Below are positions 61,548 to 64,000 of a DNA stretch of 64,000 nt, one piece after another; position 1 is the first letter of the stretch; each line of letters opens with the position of its first letter. The notes below the pieces were generated by a model. It saw only the letters and a program-made list of their open reading frames with translations, did no database searches and had not been told where the DNA came from. The stretch lies in assembly GCA_963815455.1 (NCBI GenBank), contig CAWFGO010000001.1, positions 1,024,001-1,088,000 on the forward strand. The letters run 5' to 3'. Made by a program: the position numbers and the translations under genes. The stretch is from an uncultured Verrucomicrobiae bacterium. GTDB taxonomy: Bacteria; Verrucomicrobiota; Verrucomicrobiia; Chthoniobacterales; UBA10450.

Positions 61548-62962
61548 TGGGCGGCACAACGCGGATGGAAAAGGATTCGATGGGCGAGATGTCCATCCCG
61601 GCCTCGGCCCTTTACGGCGCTTCCACCCAACGCGCGGTGCTAAACTTTCCGGTGAGCGGTTATCGGTTTGCCCGGCCGTTCATTCGCGCGCTCGGTTTAA
61701 TCAAATGGGCGGCCGCGCAGGCCAATCACGATCTCGGCCTGCTCGATGCGGAACGCTCGGCCTTGATCGTGCAAGCCGCCGAAGAAGTAGTCGATGGCAA
61801 GTTGGACGAGCATTTCCCGCTCGATATTTTCCAGACCGGCTCGGGCACGAGCACGAACACGAATGCAAACGAAGTGATCGCGAATCGCTGCGCCCAACTG
61901 GCGGGCAGACCGATCGGTTCCCGCGAGCTTGTGCACCCGAACGATCACGTCAACATGGGCCAATCCAGCAACGACGTGATCCCCTCGGCCATTCACATCA
62001 GCGCCGCCGAACAATTGAAGGACTGCCTGGTTCCGGCGCTGGCGAAATTGCACGGCGCACTTGAAGCGAAGGCGAAAGAATTTTGGGAGATCATTAAGAT
62101 TGGCCGAACCCATTTGATGGATGCAACCCCGGTGCGGCTGGGCCAGGAATTTTCCGGTTACGCGCAGCAGGTTGCTTATGCGAAGGCGCGTGCGGAAAGA
62201 GCCACGGATGTTTTGCGCGAGCTGGCTTTGGGCGGGACGGCCGTGGGCACGGGCCTGAACCGGCATGTCGATCTTCCCGGGAAAATCATGCGGCATCTCG
62301 AGCAGCGCACCGGGATCGCATTTTACGAAGCGCAAAATCATTTCGAAGCGCAGGGCAGCAAGGACGCAGTGGTGGAAGCGAGTGGCCAGCTCAAAACGAT
62401 CGCGGTCAGTTTATTCAAGATTGCCAATGATATTCGCTGGCTCGGGAGCGGCCCGCGATGCGGGATTGGCGAAATTCAGTTACCGGCCACGCAACCGGGC
62501 AGCTCGATTATGCCGGGGAAGGTCAATCCGGTCTTGTGCGAATCGCTGATGATGGTGTGCGCGGAAGTGATCGGGAACGACGCGACGATTACCTGGGCGG
62601 GCGCGAATGGAAATTTCGAGCTCAATGTCATGATGCCGGTCATGGCCCACGATCTCCTCGAATCGATCCGGCTCCTGGCCAACGTGTGTGATGCATTCCG
62701 CGAAAAATGCGTGACCGGCATCGTGGCTAACAAGAAGCGGTGCGAAGAACTGGTGGAACTGTCGATGGCCATGGTCACGAGTCTCGCCCCAAAAATCGGC
62801 TACGATCGCGCGGCAGAAATCGCCAAGGAAAGCGCGAGGACCGGCAAGACGGTACGGCAAATTTGCCGGGAGAAGAAAGTGTTGCCCGAAGCGGAGCTCG
62901 ATCGCGCGCTCGATCCGGTCGCCATGACCGAACCGGGCGGCGAAGGCGCCGCCGGGGGATGA
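61547..62962 (+). CDS. fumC: Class II fumarate hydratase
   Basis: EKDSMG, QTGSGTS.N.NANEV, HPNDHVN.GQSSND, GRTHLMDA, GSSIMPGKVNP. Confidence 0.96.
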   Translation: MGGTTRMEKDSMGEMSIPASALYGASTQRAVLNFPVSGYRFARPFIRALGLIKWAAAQANHDLGLLDAERSALIVQAAEEVVDGKLDEHFPLDIFQTGSGTSTNTNANEVIANRCAQLAGRPIGSRELVHPNDHVNMGQSSNDVIPSAIHISAAEQLKDCLVPALAKLHGALEAKAKEFWEIIKIGRTHLMDATPVRLGQEFSGYAQQVAYAKARAERATDVLRELALGGTAVGTGLNRHVDLPGKIMRHLEQRTGIAFYEAQNHFEAQGSKDAVVEASGQLKTIAVSLFKIANDIRWLGSGPRCGIGEIQLPATQPGSSIMPGKVNPVLCESLMMVCAEVIGNDATITWAGANGNFELNVMMPVMAHDLLESIRLLANVCDAFREKCVTGIVANKKRCEELVELSMAMVTSLAPKIGYDRAAEIAKESARTGKTVRQICREKKVLPEAELDRALDPVAMTEPGGEGAAGG

Positions 62963-63008
62963 AGCAATTTTCGCCTTGGCATCCTGAGCGAAGCGAAGGA
63001 CCTCGCTA

Positions 63009-63503
63009 ATGCAAAAGCTTGTCGTTAGTCTGAGCGGTCTAATCGTCGCGGCGAGCTGGCTTTTCGCGGCCGACAAGCAAATCGATGTTTCGCAAATCAT
63101 CGACCAAGCCACGGCCGAATCAGTCCTGGATACAAAAGTAAAAACGGCGACACCGCGAAATTTCCGGGGCAGCGATGGTTATTATTCAAAGTGCAATTAT
63201 TACGGCCTGACTCCCGGAAAAACGCTCGTCCTTCGTCTCTATCAGGCGGCAGACGGTTACGATCCGCTGGAACAACTCAACGTGATCACAAAGAGTACTC
63301 CGGCCCTGATCGAGATTCTGGGACTCGGTGACAAAGCCTTTGCCACAGATGGAACGGCCAGCGGTTTATCGAACAGCGCGGTAATGCTTTACATCCTCAA
63401 AGGCAATTCGCTCATCACAATCGGTCTAAGCGGTGTCGAGGATAAGACCGCGGCCTTGGAAAAAGCAAAAGGCGTCGCTGCAAGAATCGTGGGCCAACTT
63501 TAG
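63009..63503 (+). CDS. Secreted hypothetical protein
   Basis: Signal peptide; C.Y and GLGD.AF motifs. Confidence 0.65.
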   Translation: MQKLVVSLSGLIVAASWLFAADKQIDVSQIIDQATAESVLDTKVKTATPRNFRGSDGYYSKCNYYGLTPGKTLVLRLYQAADGYDPLEQLNVITKSTPALIEILGLGDKAFATDGTASGLSNSAVMLYILKGNSLITIGLSGVEDKTAALEKAKGVAARIVGQL

Positions 63504-63531
63504 CGCGCCCGGCGTTCCGCTCCGCGTAACT

Positions 63532-63663
63532 TGTCATCCTGAGCGAAGCGAAGGATCCCGCGGGAAGAGATAACATTCGCAAACGACGAAGCGCGCGCGG
63601 ATTCAAGGTTGCTCGGCGCGTTGCCCCGCGATTGTGAGATCCCTCGCTTCGCTCGGGATGACA
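63532..63663. repeat. GTCATCC-family REP element
   Basis: tgtcatcctgagcgaagcgaaggatc...gatccctcgcttcgctcgggatgaca. Confidence 0.85.
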
Positions 63664-63727
63664 GTGCAAGCGAGGAAGCATCAACTGCCAGTTAGCGAAT
63701 CCCGCCTCACGCTGCTAAGATCGACAA

Positions 63728-64000
63728 ATGGTTGCCAAACTCGAAGGTCCGCAATTTTCCGGTGGCGCGAATATCGCCATCAAATGTCCCAGCCACACTT
63801 ACGAGCAAACGATCGCGTTTTATCGCGACACGCTTGGACTGCCCTTGGTCGAGGAAGAAGCGGATGGCTGCATATTTCAGTTCGGCCCGAACCGGCTTTG
63901 GATCGACAAAGTGCCGTATCTGAGCCACCCGGACATCTGGCTGGAACTGGAAACGAACGATACCGAAGCCGCGGCCTCGTTTTTGAAAGTGCACGGCGTC
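63728..64000 (+). CDS. VOC/glyoxalase family protein (runs off window; not in ORF track)
   Basis: Own translation: MVAKLEGPQFSGGANIAIK...TIAFYRDTLGL...FG..RLWID...IWLEL. Confidence 0.75.
   Translation, partial: MVAKLEGPQFSGGANIAIKCPSHTYEQTIAFYRDTLGLPLVEEEADGCIFQFGPNRLWIDKVPYLSHPDIWLELETNDTEAAASFLKVHGV

Overview
GC-rich bacterial chromosome segment, most consistent with Verrucomicrobiota/Chthoniobacterales (inferred from the double-length UvrA, the TPR-ExbB-ExbD-ExbD operon, dnaK-groES-groEL order and a dockerin-type secreted protein; not database-checked). Single-base frameshifts in thyA, dnaK, groEL and pckG suggest uncorrected long-read errors. The housekeeping backbone (thyA, dnaK, groES/EL, thiG, tolQR-tonB/tolA-tolB, lgt, uvrA, pckG, gmhA, tRNA-Val, fumC) carries two accessory zones. 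(1) Around the chaperone operon (10.4-12 kb and 14.2-20 kb) are an NDT/TIR-like protein, a protease, a possible chaperone/antitoxin/ART triplet and a dense array of small toxin-antitoxin cassettes separated by recurring junction motifs. (2) A defence island beside tRNA-Val (45.8-60 kb) holds BrnTA, Fic, a DUF4268-like gene, a PemK triplet and a gutted type I R-M locus. The top candidate for an undescribed system is the three-gene overlapping operon that replaced the centre of that R-M locus: CD-NTase + NucC (CBASS without HORMA/TRIP13) + a 1296-aa protein with six zinc-ribbon repeats, an SF2 helicase and an Rrp8/NML-like methyltransferase. A second strong theme is several REP-like palindrome families inserted in frame inside genes (five in uvrA, plus tolB, hsdM and thyA) and nested inside each other. 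All family calls are motif recognition by eye.
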